From the NCBI GenBank assembly GCA_035514415.1, contig DATKBC010000009.1, positions 1 to 42,016 on the forward strand: a stretch of 42,016 nt of DNA, given 5' to 3'. The notes beneath the pieces are model-generated. The model was not told where the DNA came from and searched no databases. It saw nothing but the letters and a program-made list of their open reading frames with translations. Positions 17,199 to 26,308 of this stretch are shown here, one piece after another (the first letter of the stretch is position 1; every line of letters starts with the position of its first letter). The stretch comes from Pleomorphomonadaceae bacterium. GTDB taxonomy: Bacteria; Chloroflexota; Limnocylindria; QHBO01. The translations under genes were made by a program, and so were the position numbers.

Positions 17199-17828
17199 CT
17201 AGGTCGGCGACGGGGCGGGGGCGGGAAGGTCGTCCACGCGATACAGAATCACCGGGATCGGACAGAAGAGCTCTCCTCCGGGAACGGAATAGCATCGAGG
17301 CCCCACGCCCGGGATGCGATCTTCGCGCAGCAGGATCCGGCCGTCTTTGTCGAACTCAATGAGCAGCCTGACCTGGACGAACACGGCCGGCGGCAGGGGG
17401 GATCCGAACCGTATCGAGACCAACTCGCCTTCAATCAGGAAATCGGTGGTGACCTGCCCGCGCAAGGTGCCGAGGTTGCCGCCCGGTAGCTCAAAGTCTC
17501 CGACGTAGTTCGGGTCGGATCGGAACTCCTCGTCCATGATGGCGGCCCACACGCAATCGCCGACCTGACGGATAAAGGTGGTCTCGGTCGGGCTCTGGAA
17601 AAAGCCCGCCGACTGGCGACCGGTCCAGGCGCCGGTGAGGTCTATGGGCTGACCGTCCGGGCCTCGCAGATTGATCGGCTCACACCCCGGCGGGAGATCG
17701 CCGCTGATTGGCCGGGTTGAGGTCGGCGACGTGCTTGGGGATGGCGAGCCGACGGGCTCTCCGACGCACCCGGCGAGAACTATGGTCGCCAGAACGGCGG
17801 CGAGAAGCCCACGCGGCCGTGTGAGCAT
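17199..17828 (-). CDS. lipoprotein, uncharacterised four-Cys family (paralog C)
   Basis: The ATG at 17828 is preceded by GGGAGGGAGGA. Signal and lipobox MLTRPRGLLAAVLATIVLAGC, followed by LPPGCEPINLRGPDGQPIDLTGAW, VGDCVWA, LLIEFDKDGRILLREDRIPGVGPRC...FC. The upstream part of track ORF 17199-18053 is discarded. Confidence 0.7.
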   Translation of the reverse strand: MLTRPRGLLAAVLATIVLAGCVGEPVGSPSPSTSPTSTRPISGDLPPGCEPINLRGPDGQPIDLTGAWTGRQSAGFFQSPTETTFIRQVGDCVWAAIMDEEFRSDPNYVGDFELPGGNLGTLRGQVTTDFLIEGELVSIRFGSPLPPAVFVQVRLLIEFDKDGRILLREDRIPGVGPRCYSVPGGELFCPIPVILYRVDDLPAPAPSPT

Positions 17829-17901
17829 CGGTGGAAGCGTCCTCCCTCCCCGCGGTGGGTGAGAATGGGGCCCAGCATACGCGCGGGGTTTCCGCTGATC
17901 C

Positions 17902-18870
17902 ATGCCTGACACCCAGACCGCACTTGTCACCCTGGAGCGCATTCGGTTTGCCGCCCAGCAGATCCGGGGCGTGGCGGTCCGCACCCCGTTGCTGCCCTGG
18001 GAGGACGGCGTGTGGCTCAAGCCGGAGAGCCTGCAACCGGTGGGCGCATTCAAGATGCGCGGCGCCTACTTCCGCCTTTCCACGCTGACCGATGATGAGC
18101 GCTCCGCCGGCGTGATCACGTACTCCTCGGGCAACCATGCGCAGGCGGTGGCGCGCGCGGCGCGGCTGCTGGGCATCCACGCCGTGATCGTCATGCCCGA
18201 CGATGCGCCGGCTCTCAAAGTCGATCGGGTGCGTGCCGACGGGGCAGAGCTCATCCTGGCCGCTCCGGGAAACGACGCTCGACGAGCACTGGCCGAGAAC
18301 CTGGCGGCGGAGCGCGGCCTGACCCTGGTCCCGCCATATGACGACCCCGAGATCATCGCCGGCCAGGGAACCTGCGGGCTGGAGATCGTCGAGGACCTGC
18401 CCGACGTCGGCGAGGTGCTGGTCCCGGTCAGCGGCGGAGGCCTCATCAGCGGCATCGCGGCAGCGGTCAAGGCGCTGGCACCCATGGCCCGGATCGTCGG
18501 CGTCGAGCCCGAAGATGCCGCCGATGCACGCGAGTCCCTGGCCGCGCGCGAGCTCCGCGCCTGGCCGACCGAGCGCACGCACGAGACGATTGCGGATGGC
18601 CTGCGCGTGAACCGGCTCGGGAACCTGCCGTGGGCCCACATCCAGGCCCTCGTCGACGATATCGTCACCGTCTCGGACGACGACATGCGCGAGGCCATGC
18701 GTCAGCTGGCCCTCCGGGCTCGACTGGTGGTGGAGCCGTCGGGCGCGGCCAGCATGGCCGCCCACCTGACCAGCGCGGCGGGGCCGGTCCATGCACCGAG
18801 GGTCATCGTGCTCAGTGGCGGCAACGTCGATCCCGAGCAATACCGGTCCATCCTGGCCGGAGGCCAGTAG
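17902..18870 (+). CDS. PLP-dependent threonine/serine dehydratase
   Basis: PLP lysine motif PVGAFKMRGA, then YSSGNHAQAVA and the glycine loop PVSGGGLISG. 322 aa with no ACT regulatory domain, so the short catabolic type. Confidence 0.85.
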   Translation: MPDTQTALVTLERIRFAAQQIRGVAVRTPLLPWEDGVWLKPESLQPVGAFKMRGAYFRLSTLTDDERSAGVITYSSGNHAQAVARAARLLGIHAVIVMPDDAPALKVDRVRADGAELILAAPGNDARRALAENLAAERGLTLVPPYDDPEIIAGQGTCGLEIVEDLPDVGEVLVPVSGGGLISGIAAAVKALAPMARIVGVEPEDAADARESLAARELRAWPTERTHETIADGLRVNRLGNLPWAHIQALVDDIVTVSDDDMREAMRQLALRARLVVEPSGAASMAAHLTSAAGPVHAPRVIVLSGGNVDPEQYRSILAGGQ

Positions 18871-18873
18871 GGC

Positions 18874-20904
18874 ATGCCCGCCGATCAGCTTCGGCCCATC
18901 ACCGCCCTCTTTGCCGACATCACCGGATCCACCGGCCTCGGCGAGCGCCTGGCACCGGACGAGGTCAAGGCGCTCATTGGGGAGTGCGTCACCCGCATGA
19001 GCGGCGCGGTCGAGGACTTCGGGGGCACGGTGCAGGCCTACCAGGGCGACGGCATCTGCGCCTACTTCGGCGTCCCCACCGCCCACGAGGACGACCCCGA
19101 GCGCGCCGCACGGGCGGCACTGCGAATCGTCGACCTGATGGCGGCGTATGGCCGAGAAGTGGAGGCCGCCTGGGGCATCGCGGGCCTGGGAGTGCGGGTG
19201 GGGGTGAACAGCGGTCAGGCGGGGGTGGGGACGGTCGGGGCAGCAGACCCGCAGACCGTGGCGCTGGGAGACGCGACGAACATCGCCGCGCGGCTGGAGG
19301 CCGCCGCCGAGCCCGGAACGATCGCGGTCGGGGAGGCTACCGCACGACGTCTCGCCGGCCGGTTCATCACCCAGCCTCTCGGACCGCTGCACGTCAAGGG
19401 CCGCGAGGAGCCGGTCAAGGCCTGGAGGCTGATCGGCCCGCAATCGGCGACCCCGGCAGCCGGCGCCCCTGCGACTGGCGAGCCAGCAGCGCACCGCCCG
19501 TTGGTCGGGCGCGATCTCGAGCTCGGACGGCTGAAGACGACCCTCGACCAGTTGGCGGATGGCCAAGGCCAGGTTGTGCTCATGGTGGGCGAAGCCGGGA
19601 TTGGCAAGACGCACCTCCTGGCCGAGATGCGAAGCATCGGCGGTGGACGGGTAACCTGGCTCGAGGGGCACTGCCTGTCGTATGGCGCCCGCTCCCCCTT
19701 CGGACCATTCGTCGAGATGCTGCGCAGTTGGTTGGGCATTCCTGACGGAGAGCCCGATCTGGCCGTCCGGACCCGTCTCCGGGCTCGACTGGGTGCTGAT
19801 GGCGCGAATTGGCTCCCGGAGCTGGCCCGCCTCTTGGGCATCCGCCTGGATGCCGATGCCGAGGGCGCGCTGGCGGCGCTGTCCCCGCCCGAGCTGGGCG
19901 CCCAGTTGCGTGCCGCCTACATCGAATGGTTGCGGTCGGTGGCCGCGAATGGGCCACTGGCCGTGGCGCTGGAGGACGTGAACTGGGCCGACGAGTCATC
20001 CGCCGAGCTAGCGGCCGACGTGATGGCCCTAACCGATCGGTCGCCGATCGGCGTGGTCCTGACCCTGCGGCCCGAAACGGGGACGGCTGGCTGGGGCCTG
20101 CGCACCCACGCCCTGAGCGACTTCAGCCATCGGTTGACGAGCATCGACCTGCCGCCCCTCGACCTGGCGTCCGCCGAAGAGCTGGCGACCCAACTCGTGC
20201 CGGGCGACGGTTTGGATCCCGGGACGCGCCGCACGCTGGCCGAGGTCAGCGAGGGCAATCCGCTGTTCCTCGAGGAGCTGCTGGCGCGCCTGCAGGAGAC
20301 CGGTGCGCTGGCCCATCACGAAGCGTGGACCCTGACCGTGCCCCGCAATGTCCTGCCGCCCGCGCTCGAGGGGTTGCTGGTGGCCCGGATCGACCATCTC
20401 CCGGCCGAGGTGCGGAGTGTGAGCGAAGCAGCGGCGGTGATTGGCCGCCAGTTCAGCCGCACGATCCTGGAAGGTGTGGTCGACGAGCCCGATGCCGCTC
20501 TGGAGGCGCTCCTGCGCGCCGGGATCATCGTCGAGCGTGGACGGTACCCGGACCAGATCTACGAATTCCGCCACGGCTTGCTGCACGAGGCCGTCCTGGG
20601 CACTCTGACCGATGCCCGCCGCGCCGAGCTGCACCTGGCCACCGCCCGCGCCTGCGAAGCGAGATATGCGGCAGCCCTGGACAGCCACCTGGAGGAAGTA
20701 GCCCACCACTACGCACGGGCCCATGACCTCGGCAAAGCGCTCGAATATCTTGAACGTGGCGCGGAACGGGCCGCCGAGCTGGGCGCCAACGACGAGGCCG
20801 GTCGGCTCTGGCTACGCGCCTTGCGCGCCGCCAATCGGCTGAACGACGAGCCCGCCGCGGAGCGCATTCGCGACCACATGACGGCGGTCGCGCCCGACAC
20901 CTAG
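18874..20904 (+). CDS. class III adenylate/guanylate cyclase domain fused to a STAND/AAA ATPase and a helical (TPR-like) C-terminus
   Basis: Cyclase blocks ALFADITGSTGL, GDGICAYFG, RVGVNSGQAGVG, GDATNIAARLE. P-loop MVGEAGIGKTHLL. The C-terminal helical repeats include HHYARAHDLGKALEYLERGAERA. Starts 3 nt after the dehydratase stop. Confidence 0.85.
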   Translation: MPADQLRPITALFADITGSTGLGERLAPDEVKALIGECVTRMSGAVEDFGGTVQAYQGDGICAYFGVPTAHEDDPERAARAALRIVDLMAAYGREVEAAWGIAGLGVRVGVNSGQAGVGTVGAADPQTVALGDATNIAARLEAAAEPGTIAVGEATARRLAGRFITQPLGPLHVKGREEPVKAWRLIGPQSATPAAGAPATGEPAAHRPLVGRDLELGRLKTTLDQLADGQGQVVLMVGEAGIGKTHLLAEMRSIGGGRVTWLEGHCLSYGARSPFGPFVEMLRSWLGIPDGEPDLAVRTRLRARLGADGANWLPELARLLGIRLDADAEGALAALSPPELGAQLRAAYIEWLRSVAANGPLAVALEDVNWADESSAELAADVMALTDRSPIGVVLTLRPETGTAGWGLRTHALSDFSHRLTSIDLPPLDLASAEELATQLVPGDGLDPGTRRTLAEVSEGNPLFLEELLARLQETGALAHHEAWTLTVPRNVLPPALEGLLVARIDHLPAEVRSVSEAAAVIGRQFSRTILEGVVDEPDAALEALLRAGIIVERGRYPDQIYEFRHGLLHEAVLGTLTDARRAELHLATARACEARYAAALDSHLEEVAHHYARAHDLGKALEYLERGAERAAELGANDEAGRLWLRALRAANRLNDEPAAERIRDHMTAVAPDT

Positions 20905-20940
20905 TCGCGAGCTGAGATCCGGACCTGGAGCCTTGACCAC

Positions 20941-22824
20941 TCAGCGCTCCGCCACGGCGACCCAGACCGTTTCGCCCGACACGGCAATCCCGACCGGCGC
21001 GCCTCCCACTGTGATCGTGACCACGACCTCGTTGGTCGCAGAGTCGATGCGGGTCACGGTTCCGTCGCCTCCGTTGGCAACCCAAACCCCGCCGGCCCCG
21101 ATCGCGATGCCGGCCGGCCGGGATCCTACCGGCACCCGCACCTGGTCACGCGACCTGGTGTCGTAACGGACCACGGCATTCCCGGCCCGGTCAACGATCC
21201 ATAGCGCTCCGGCGTCCACGTCGAGTGCGAGGGCACCCGGCGTGAAGCCGAGGGCGATGGGAGCGTCGGCGCTGGTCAGGCCAATCGCCAAGCGCGACAG
21301 GCTCTGGTCCAGGCTGTTCGCAACCCACACCACGCCGCCCCCGGCTGCCACCGCAACCGGCTCGGCTCCGACGTTGATCGGGTCATTCTCCAAACGCAAC
21401 CTTCCAGCATCGATCTGGGCCACGCTGTCGGTCTGGGTAATGACCCACAGGAACGAGTCACCCAGGGCCAGAGCTCCAGGTCGGAAGAGAAGGGCCAGCG
21501 TGGTGGGTCCGCGGCTTGGGTTCTCAGCGTCGATCTCGGACAGCGTCTCGGCCGTCGTATTGGCGACCCAAACCAGACCCTCAGCCGCGCCCGCCACCAC
21601 GGCCCCGGGCCCGGCCCCGACCGGGATGGACGTGACCTCGTGGGCCTCCGTCGCGGCCACCCGCGAGACGCTGCCAGCTGAGAAATGAGTCACCCAGGCC
21701 GCGGTCGCATCCGCGGCGATCGCCGTCGGCTCGTTCGCGAGCCCAGCGCCCAGGGATGCCTGGTTGGTCGTGGTGTCGATGATCGCCACCCCGTTACCGG
21801 CGACCACCGGAGCCGCGGACTGGTTGCTCAGCCAGAGGACGTAGCCCCCAATCGCCAGAGCCGCGACCGCCCCGGCGGAACCGAAGCCAATTAGCAGCAG
21901 CCGGCGGCGGGATTGAGCCGCGGAGCGGGCGCGGCGGACGGCGACCGGCTGCGACCCGGTTCCCATAGTCGCGCCCGTGGTTCGAACCAGATCCTCGGCA
22001 AGGTCGCCGCACGAGTCATAGCGGTCTGCGGGCTTCTTGGCCGCCGCCCGGGCCAGGGCCGCGTCCAGCTCGGATCGCAGATTCGGATCCACCGCCTCGC
22101 CGACCGACGGGAACGGGTCGCGCAGGTGCGCATACAGGGTCGCGACATCCGTTTCGCGCTCGAATGGCCGATGCCCGGTCAGGCACTCGTAGACGAGGCA
22201 CGCCAACGAGTACTGGTCCGCACGGGCATCCACCGGGCGGCCCTCGATCTGCTCGGGCGCAACGTACGCGATGGTCCCCAGGAAGGCTGACGATCCGGTC
22301 ACGCCCGATTCGGACAGGACCCGCTTGGTGAGGCCGAAGTCGCCCAGGTAGGCGTGCTCGCCACGGCCGGCGCCACGGGCCGGGAGCAGGACGTTGCTGG
22401 GCTTGACGTCGCGGTGGACGAGACCAGCCTCGTGCGCCGCGTCCAACGCGCTGGCGACCTGGGCCACGATGCGGGCCGTGCGTGCCGGCTCCAGCCGCCC
22501 GTCGCGGGCGATCATGGTCGCCAGGTCCACGCCATCCACGAACCGCATGGCGATGTACAGAACGCCGTCCGCCTCCCCGGCGTCGTAGATCGGGACAACG
22601 TTCGGGTGGTCCAGCGAACCGGCCGTGCGGGACTCCCGCAGGAAGCGCTCCCGGAACTTCGGCTCGCGCGCGATCTGGGGCGCGACGACCTTGAGCGCCA
22701 CCTTGCGCCCCAGGCGCAGGTGCTCGGCCCGGTACACGACGCCCATTCCGCCCCGGCCGATGACCTCCTCGACCTGGTAGCCGGCGACCTCGCGCCCGAG
22801 GTAGCTGTCCGGGTCGACGGTCAT
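20941..22824 (-). CDS. Ser/Thr protein kinase with one TM helix and an extracytoplasmic beta-propeller repeat domain
   Basis: Kinase blocks GRGGMGVVYRAEH, VALKV, HRDVKPSNVLL, DFGLTK, APEQ. TM segment LLLIGFGSAGAVAALAIGGYVLW. The C-terminus has repeated V-W-V-A-N / G-x-V-x-R-I-D units of YVTN/NHL type. Confidence 0.9.
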   Translation of the reverse strand: MTVDPDSYLGREVAGYQVEEVIGRGGMGVVYRAEHLRLGRKVALKVVAPQIAREPKFRERFLRESRTAGSLDHPNVVPIYDAGEADGVLYIAMRFVDGVDLATMIARDGRLEPARTARIVAQVASALDAAHEAGLVHRDVKPSNVLLPARGAGRGEHAYLGDFGLTKRVLSESGVTGSSAFLGTIAYVAPEQIEGRPVDARADQYSLACLVYECLTGHRPFERETDVATLYAHLRDPFPSVGEAVDPNLRSELDAALARAAAKKPADRYDSCGDLAEDLVRTTGATMGTGSQPVAVRRARSAAQSRRRLLLIGFGSAGAVAALAIGGYVLWLSNQSAAPVVAGNGVAIIDTTTNQASLGAGLANEPTAIAADATAAWVTHFSAGSVSRVAATEAHEVTSIPVGAGPGAVVAGAAEGLVWVANTTAETLSEIDAENPSRGPTTLALLFRPGALALGDSFLWVITQTDSVAQIDAGRLRLENDPINVGAEPVAVAAGGGVVWVANSLDQSLSRLAIGLTSADAPIALGFTPGALALDVDAGALWIVDRAGNAVVRYDTRSRDQVRVPVGSRPAGIAIGAGGVWVANGGDGTVTRIDSATNEVVVTITVGGAPVGIAVSGETVWVAVAER

Positions 22825-22832
22825 CGCGGCGC

Positions 22833-23894
22833 TTAGCCTTCCTGGCCCTGGAGCCCGGCCAGGAAGCTGACCGCGTTGGCACCGATGGCGTCCAGTGCGT
22901 AGCCACCTTCCTGGAGAGCGATCACCGGCAGGTCCAGCGCGCCGATGGCGGCCCCGATTCGGCGGTAGTCATCGGTGGTGATCGCGAAATCGGCAATCGG
23001 GTCGCGATAGAACGTGTCGAAACCCAACGACAGGACCACGGGCGCATCGGGGTCGTGGTCGCGGATGGCCTTCAGACCCACGTCCAGAGCGGCCAGGTAG
23101 GTGGCTATGTCGGTTCCCTCGGGAAGCGGCAAGTTGAGGTTCATGCCCTCTCCCGCTCCGAACCCGATCTCGTCGGCGTATCCGGAGTAGTACGGGTAGG
23201 CGCGGGCCGGGTCGCCATGCAGGGAGGCGTACAGCACGTCGTGCCGATCCCAGAACAGCTGCTGGGTGCCGTTGCCGTGGTGGTAGTCGATATCCAGGAT
23301 GGCGATCCGGGACGCTCCGCCACGGGACAGGGCCTGGGCCACGATGGCCGCGTTGTTGAAAAAGCAGTAGCCGCCGTACAGGGCGCGCCCCGCATGGTGG
23401 CCCGGGGGCCGGCACAGACCGTAGGCCAGGTGCGCCCCGCCCAGGGCCCGGTCCAATGCGGTCAGGGCCACGTCGACCGCCACTCGCGCCGCGTGATAGG
23501 TGCCGGCCACGATGGGCGTCGCGGTATCAAACGTGTAGGAGAACACCCGACGGCCTGGTCCGGGCAGACCCGTCGCATGACCGGCGGCGAACCCGGTCGT
23601 CAGAAACGTGTCCGGGAGGAGCGGCTGGGTTCCGTCCGTGAGGCCGGCCGCCAGGGCCTCATCCCAGGCCACCGCCAGCACATCCAGCAGCTCGCGATCG
23701 TGCACGGCCAGGATCGGCTCCTCGCCATGCTCGGTCGGGTCCTCGAACCGGTACCCGCCCGCCTCCACCAGCGCCTGCTCGATCTCGACCGCGCGGGCCG
23801 GCACCTCGTAGCCGGGTATGGGGCGGCCGCGCTCGACCTCGACCAGGTCATCGTGGGCGAGATGGGCGTCCGATCGGATGACAGGGACCGGCAT
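22833..23894 (-). CDS. histone deacetylase / acetoin-utilisation / acetylpolyamine amidohydrolase family protein
   Basis: Blocks RPPGHHA, YCFFNNAAI, ILDIDYHHGNGTQ, GFDTFYRDP. Lies 8 nt upstream of the kinase gene on the same strand. Confidence 0.85.
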   Translation of the reverse strand: MPVPVIRSDAHLAHDDLVEVERGRPIPGYEVPARAVEIEQALVEAGGYRFEDPTEHGEEPILAVHDRELLDVLAVAWDEALAAGLTDGTQPLLPDTFLTTGFAAGHATGLPGPGRRVFSYTFDTATPIVAGTYHAARVAVDVALTALDRALGGAHLAYGLCRPPGHHAGRALYGGYCFFNNAAIVAQALSRGGASRIAILDIDYHHGNGTQQLFWDRHDVLYASLHGDPARAYPYYSGYADEIGFGAGEGMNLNLPLPEGTDIATYLAALDVGLKAIRDHDPDAPVVLSLGFDTFYRDPIADFAITTDDYRRIGAAIGALDLPVIALQEGGYALDAIGANAVSFLAGLQGQEG

Positions 23895-23931
23895 GGGCGC
23901 CTCGGAGTGTACGGGTAGACTGCCCGGACCG

Positions 23932-25590
23932 ATGGGCAGCCTCGCCAGTTACCGGCGCGTCTTCGCCAACCCCGCCCTGGCGCGTCTCATGATCGGGGAG
24001 TTCGTGTCCTCCATCGGGGATTGGCTGTACCTGGTCGCGCTGCTGGTCGTGGTCTACAACTCCGGCGCCTCGCCAGTCGTGCTGGGGATCGTGGGCGCAG
24101 CCCGCATCGTCCCCTACATCCTGCTGTCGGTCCCGGCCGGGATCGTGGCCGATCGGTACGACCGGCGCCTGATCCTGATCGGCACCGACCTCGCCCGCGG
24201 GATCATCATGCTGGCGCTCACTGCGCTCATCCTGGTCGACGGGCCGATCATCGCGGTCGTTGTCCTCAGCCTGCTGGCTGCCTGCTTCTCGGCCTTCTTC
24301 AGCCCGGCCATCGGCTCGCTCATCCCGAGCCTGGTGGCCGATGAGCGGGAACTGGGGCCCGCCAATGCCGCCTGGTCGAGCCTGGACAACCTGGCGTTCA
24401 TCATCGGTCCGGCGGTGGCGGCCATCCTCATCACAGTCGGCAGCATCCCGCTGGCCTTCTTCCTGAACGCCGTGACGTTCGTGATCATCGCCGCCGTCCT
24501 GTGGCGGCTGCCAAAGGATCGGGGACGCGCCGTGGTGGCGCGCGCCGCCTCGACCGAGGCGAGCCCGGTCGGGTTCCGGGATTTGGTCCGGCCGGTGATC
24601 CGACCCCTGTCCGGCCTGGGCGTGATCAACCTGGTCGACGGCTTCGTGTCCGGCGGGCTGGCCGTGCTCACCGTCGTGATCGCGGTCGAGGTGCTCGGGG
24701 CAGGCGACGCGGGAACGGGCTGGCTGAACGCCGCCATCGGGCTCGGCGGACTCATCGGCGCCTTCATCGCCGGGCCCATGACACTCCGTCGGCGACTCGA
24801 CATCCCGCTGGCGGTGGGCGGGGTGACGCTCGGCGTGGGAGTCATCCTGGTTGGGCAGTCGACGGTCCTGCTGGCGGCGATTGCCGCGATGGCGGTTGCC
24901 ACCGCCGGTATGCTGCTGCTCGAGGTAGTGGCGACCACGATCTTCCAGCGGGCGGTCCCCGACTCGATCCGGGGGCGAACCATCGGCGCCATGGACACCG
25001 TGACCGTATCGGCCTATGCGCTGGGTGCGTTCCTGGCGCCCATCCTGGCCGCCGCGATCGGCCCGGTCGTGGTCCTGCTCGGGTTCGGGATCGCCATGGT
25101 TGCCGCCACCCTGGTCGGGACGATCCTGGTGGGGAGGTCCGCGGTGTCGGAGATGGACCCGGGCGCGGAGCGGTTCGTCCGCATACCGCTGTTCGATGGG
25201 CTGGCCCCCGCCGCGCTGGAGCAGGCCGCCCGCCACCTGAACCGCGTGCGCGTGACGCCAGGCCAGGTCGTGGTGCGCCAGGGCGACCCGGCCGATCGCT
25301 TCTTCCACGTCCTGGACGGGACGTTCGAGGTAGCCCAGACCAAGGACCCGGGAGGTGCTCCCCGGTTCCTGCGGACGCTGGGCCCGGACGACGTGTTCGG
25401 CGAGATCGGGCTGCTGCGTGGCGTGCCGCGGACGGCCACGGTCACTGCAACCGGCGACGGAACCCTGCTCGCCCTGGACGGGGGTCGCTTCCTGGAGCTG
25501 GTCGGCGCCGGACCCGGACTGACCTCGCGGCTGCTGGACGTGCACCGCGGGGCGTCGGCCCGCTTGGACGGATCTCGGACTGATGGCTGA
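23932..25590 (+). CDS. MFS transporter fused to a C-terminal cyclic-nucleotide-binding domain
   Basis: The ATG at 23932 is in frame with track ORF 23818-25590. About 12 hydrophobic segments with an MFS signature (GIVADRYDRRLILIG). The C-terminal CNB domain reads IPLFDGLAPAALEQAARHL...GDPADRFFHVLDGTFEV...FGEIGLLRGVPRTATVTA. Confidence 0.85.
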   Translation: MGSLASYRRVFANPALARLMIGEFVSSIGDWLYLVALLVVVYNSGASPVVLGIVGAARIVPYILLSVPAGIVADRYDRRLILIGTDLARGIIMLALTALILVDGPIIAVVVLSLLAACFSAFFSPAIGSLIPSLVADERELGPANAAWSSLDNLAFIIGPAVAAILITVGSIPLAFFLNAVTFVIIAAVLWRLPKDRGRAVVARAASTEASPVGFRDLVRPVIRPLSGLGVINLVDGFVSGGLAVLTVVIAVEVLGAGDAGTGWLNAAIGLGGLIGAFIAGPMTLRRRLDIPLAVGGVTLGVGVILVGQSTVLLAAIAAMAVATAGMLLLEVVATTIFQRAVPDSIRGRTIGAMDTVTVSAYALGAFLAPILAAAIGPVVVLLGFGIAMVAATLVGTILVGRSAVSEMDPGAERFVRIPLFDGLAPAALEQAARHLNRVRVTPGQVVVRQGDPADRFFHVLDGTFEVAQTKDPGGAPRFLRTLGPDDVFGEIGLLRGVPRTATVTATGDGTLLALDGGRFLELVGAGPGLTSRLLDVHRGASARLDGSRTDG

Positions 25591-26293
25591 CGATTCGGGC
25601 CTCAAGTTGCTGGCCCGGTGCCCGCTCTTTGCGGGCGTCCTGCCGGACGACCTCCATGAAGTGGCCCGTCACCTGCGCCGCCGTCGCTTCCGCCGGGGAG
25701 AGGTGATCTTCCACCAGGGAGATCCCGGTGACGCGCTGCACATCGTGGCATCGGGATCGGTGAAGATCGTGCTGCCCTCGGCCGAAGGGGAAGAAGCAAT
25801 CATCGCCACGGTGCACACCGGCGACTTCTTCGGTGAGCTGGCCCTGCTCGACGGGGCACCCCGCTCGGCGACCGCCGCAGCGGTGGAGGTCACCGAGACC
25901 CTGAGCCTGCCCCGCGAGACGTTCCTCGAGGAGATCGGTCGCAGCGCGAGCCTGCGGGACGTCCTGCTCCGATCGCTGGCCGGCGAGCTGCGTCGATTGA
26001 CCAGCCACGTCGAAGAGCTGCACTTCCTGGATCTCGCCGGCCGTCTGGCCAGCCGATTGTTGAGCCTGGCCCGCGAGGCGGAACCTGGACCCCAACGAAC
26101 GCCGCAGGGAACGTTGGAGGCAACGCTCGACTGGCCCTTCACACAGTCCGATCTGGCTGCCATGATTGGGGCAACGCGGCAGAGCGTGAACCGGCTCCTC
26201 AGCGACCTCGTCGAACGGGGGCTGATTCGCATCGATCGCGACACGTTGGTCATCACCGATCTCGAACGGCTGGAGCGGCAAGTCGCCCGCTGA
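25583..26293 (+). CDS. Crp/Fnr family transcriptional regulator
   Basis: CNB domain (CPLFAGVLPDDL, GDPGDALHIVASGSVKI, FFGELALLDGAPRSATAAA) plus a C-terminal HTH (TQSDLAAMIGATRQSVNRLLSDLVERGLI). The start overlaps the MFS stop by 8 nt (ATGGCTGA). Confidence 0.9.
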   Translation: MADDSGLKLLARCPLFAGVLPDDLHEVARHLRRRRFRRGEVIFHQGDPGDALHIVASGSVKIVLPSAEGEEAIIATVHTGDFFGELALLDGAPRSATAAAVEVTETLSLPRETFLEEIGRSASLRDVLLRSLAGELRRLTSHVEELHFLDLAGRLASRLLSLAREAEPGPQRTPQGTLEATLDWPFTQSDLAAMIGATRQSVNRLLSDLVERGLIRIDRDTLVITDLERLERQVAR

Positions 26294-26308
26294 AATCTGG
26301 TCGGCCCG

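Noticed and set aside
16358-17362. 334-aa plus-strand ORF in an alternative frame of hppD.
   Set aside because: Arg/Gly/Pro-rich with no motifs. The hppD frame is unambiguous.
17680-19671. 663-aa minus-strand ORF across the dehydratase and cyclase genes.
   Set aside because: It is antisense to two genes with clear catalytic motifs. The composition is typical of shadow ORFs.
23848-25605. 585-aa minus-strand ORF antisense to the MFS-CNB gene.
   Set aside because: The product is highly charged and Arg/Asp/Gly/Pro-rich, whereas the plus strand encodes a coherent 12-TM protein with a CNB domain.
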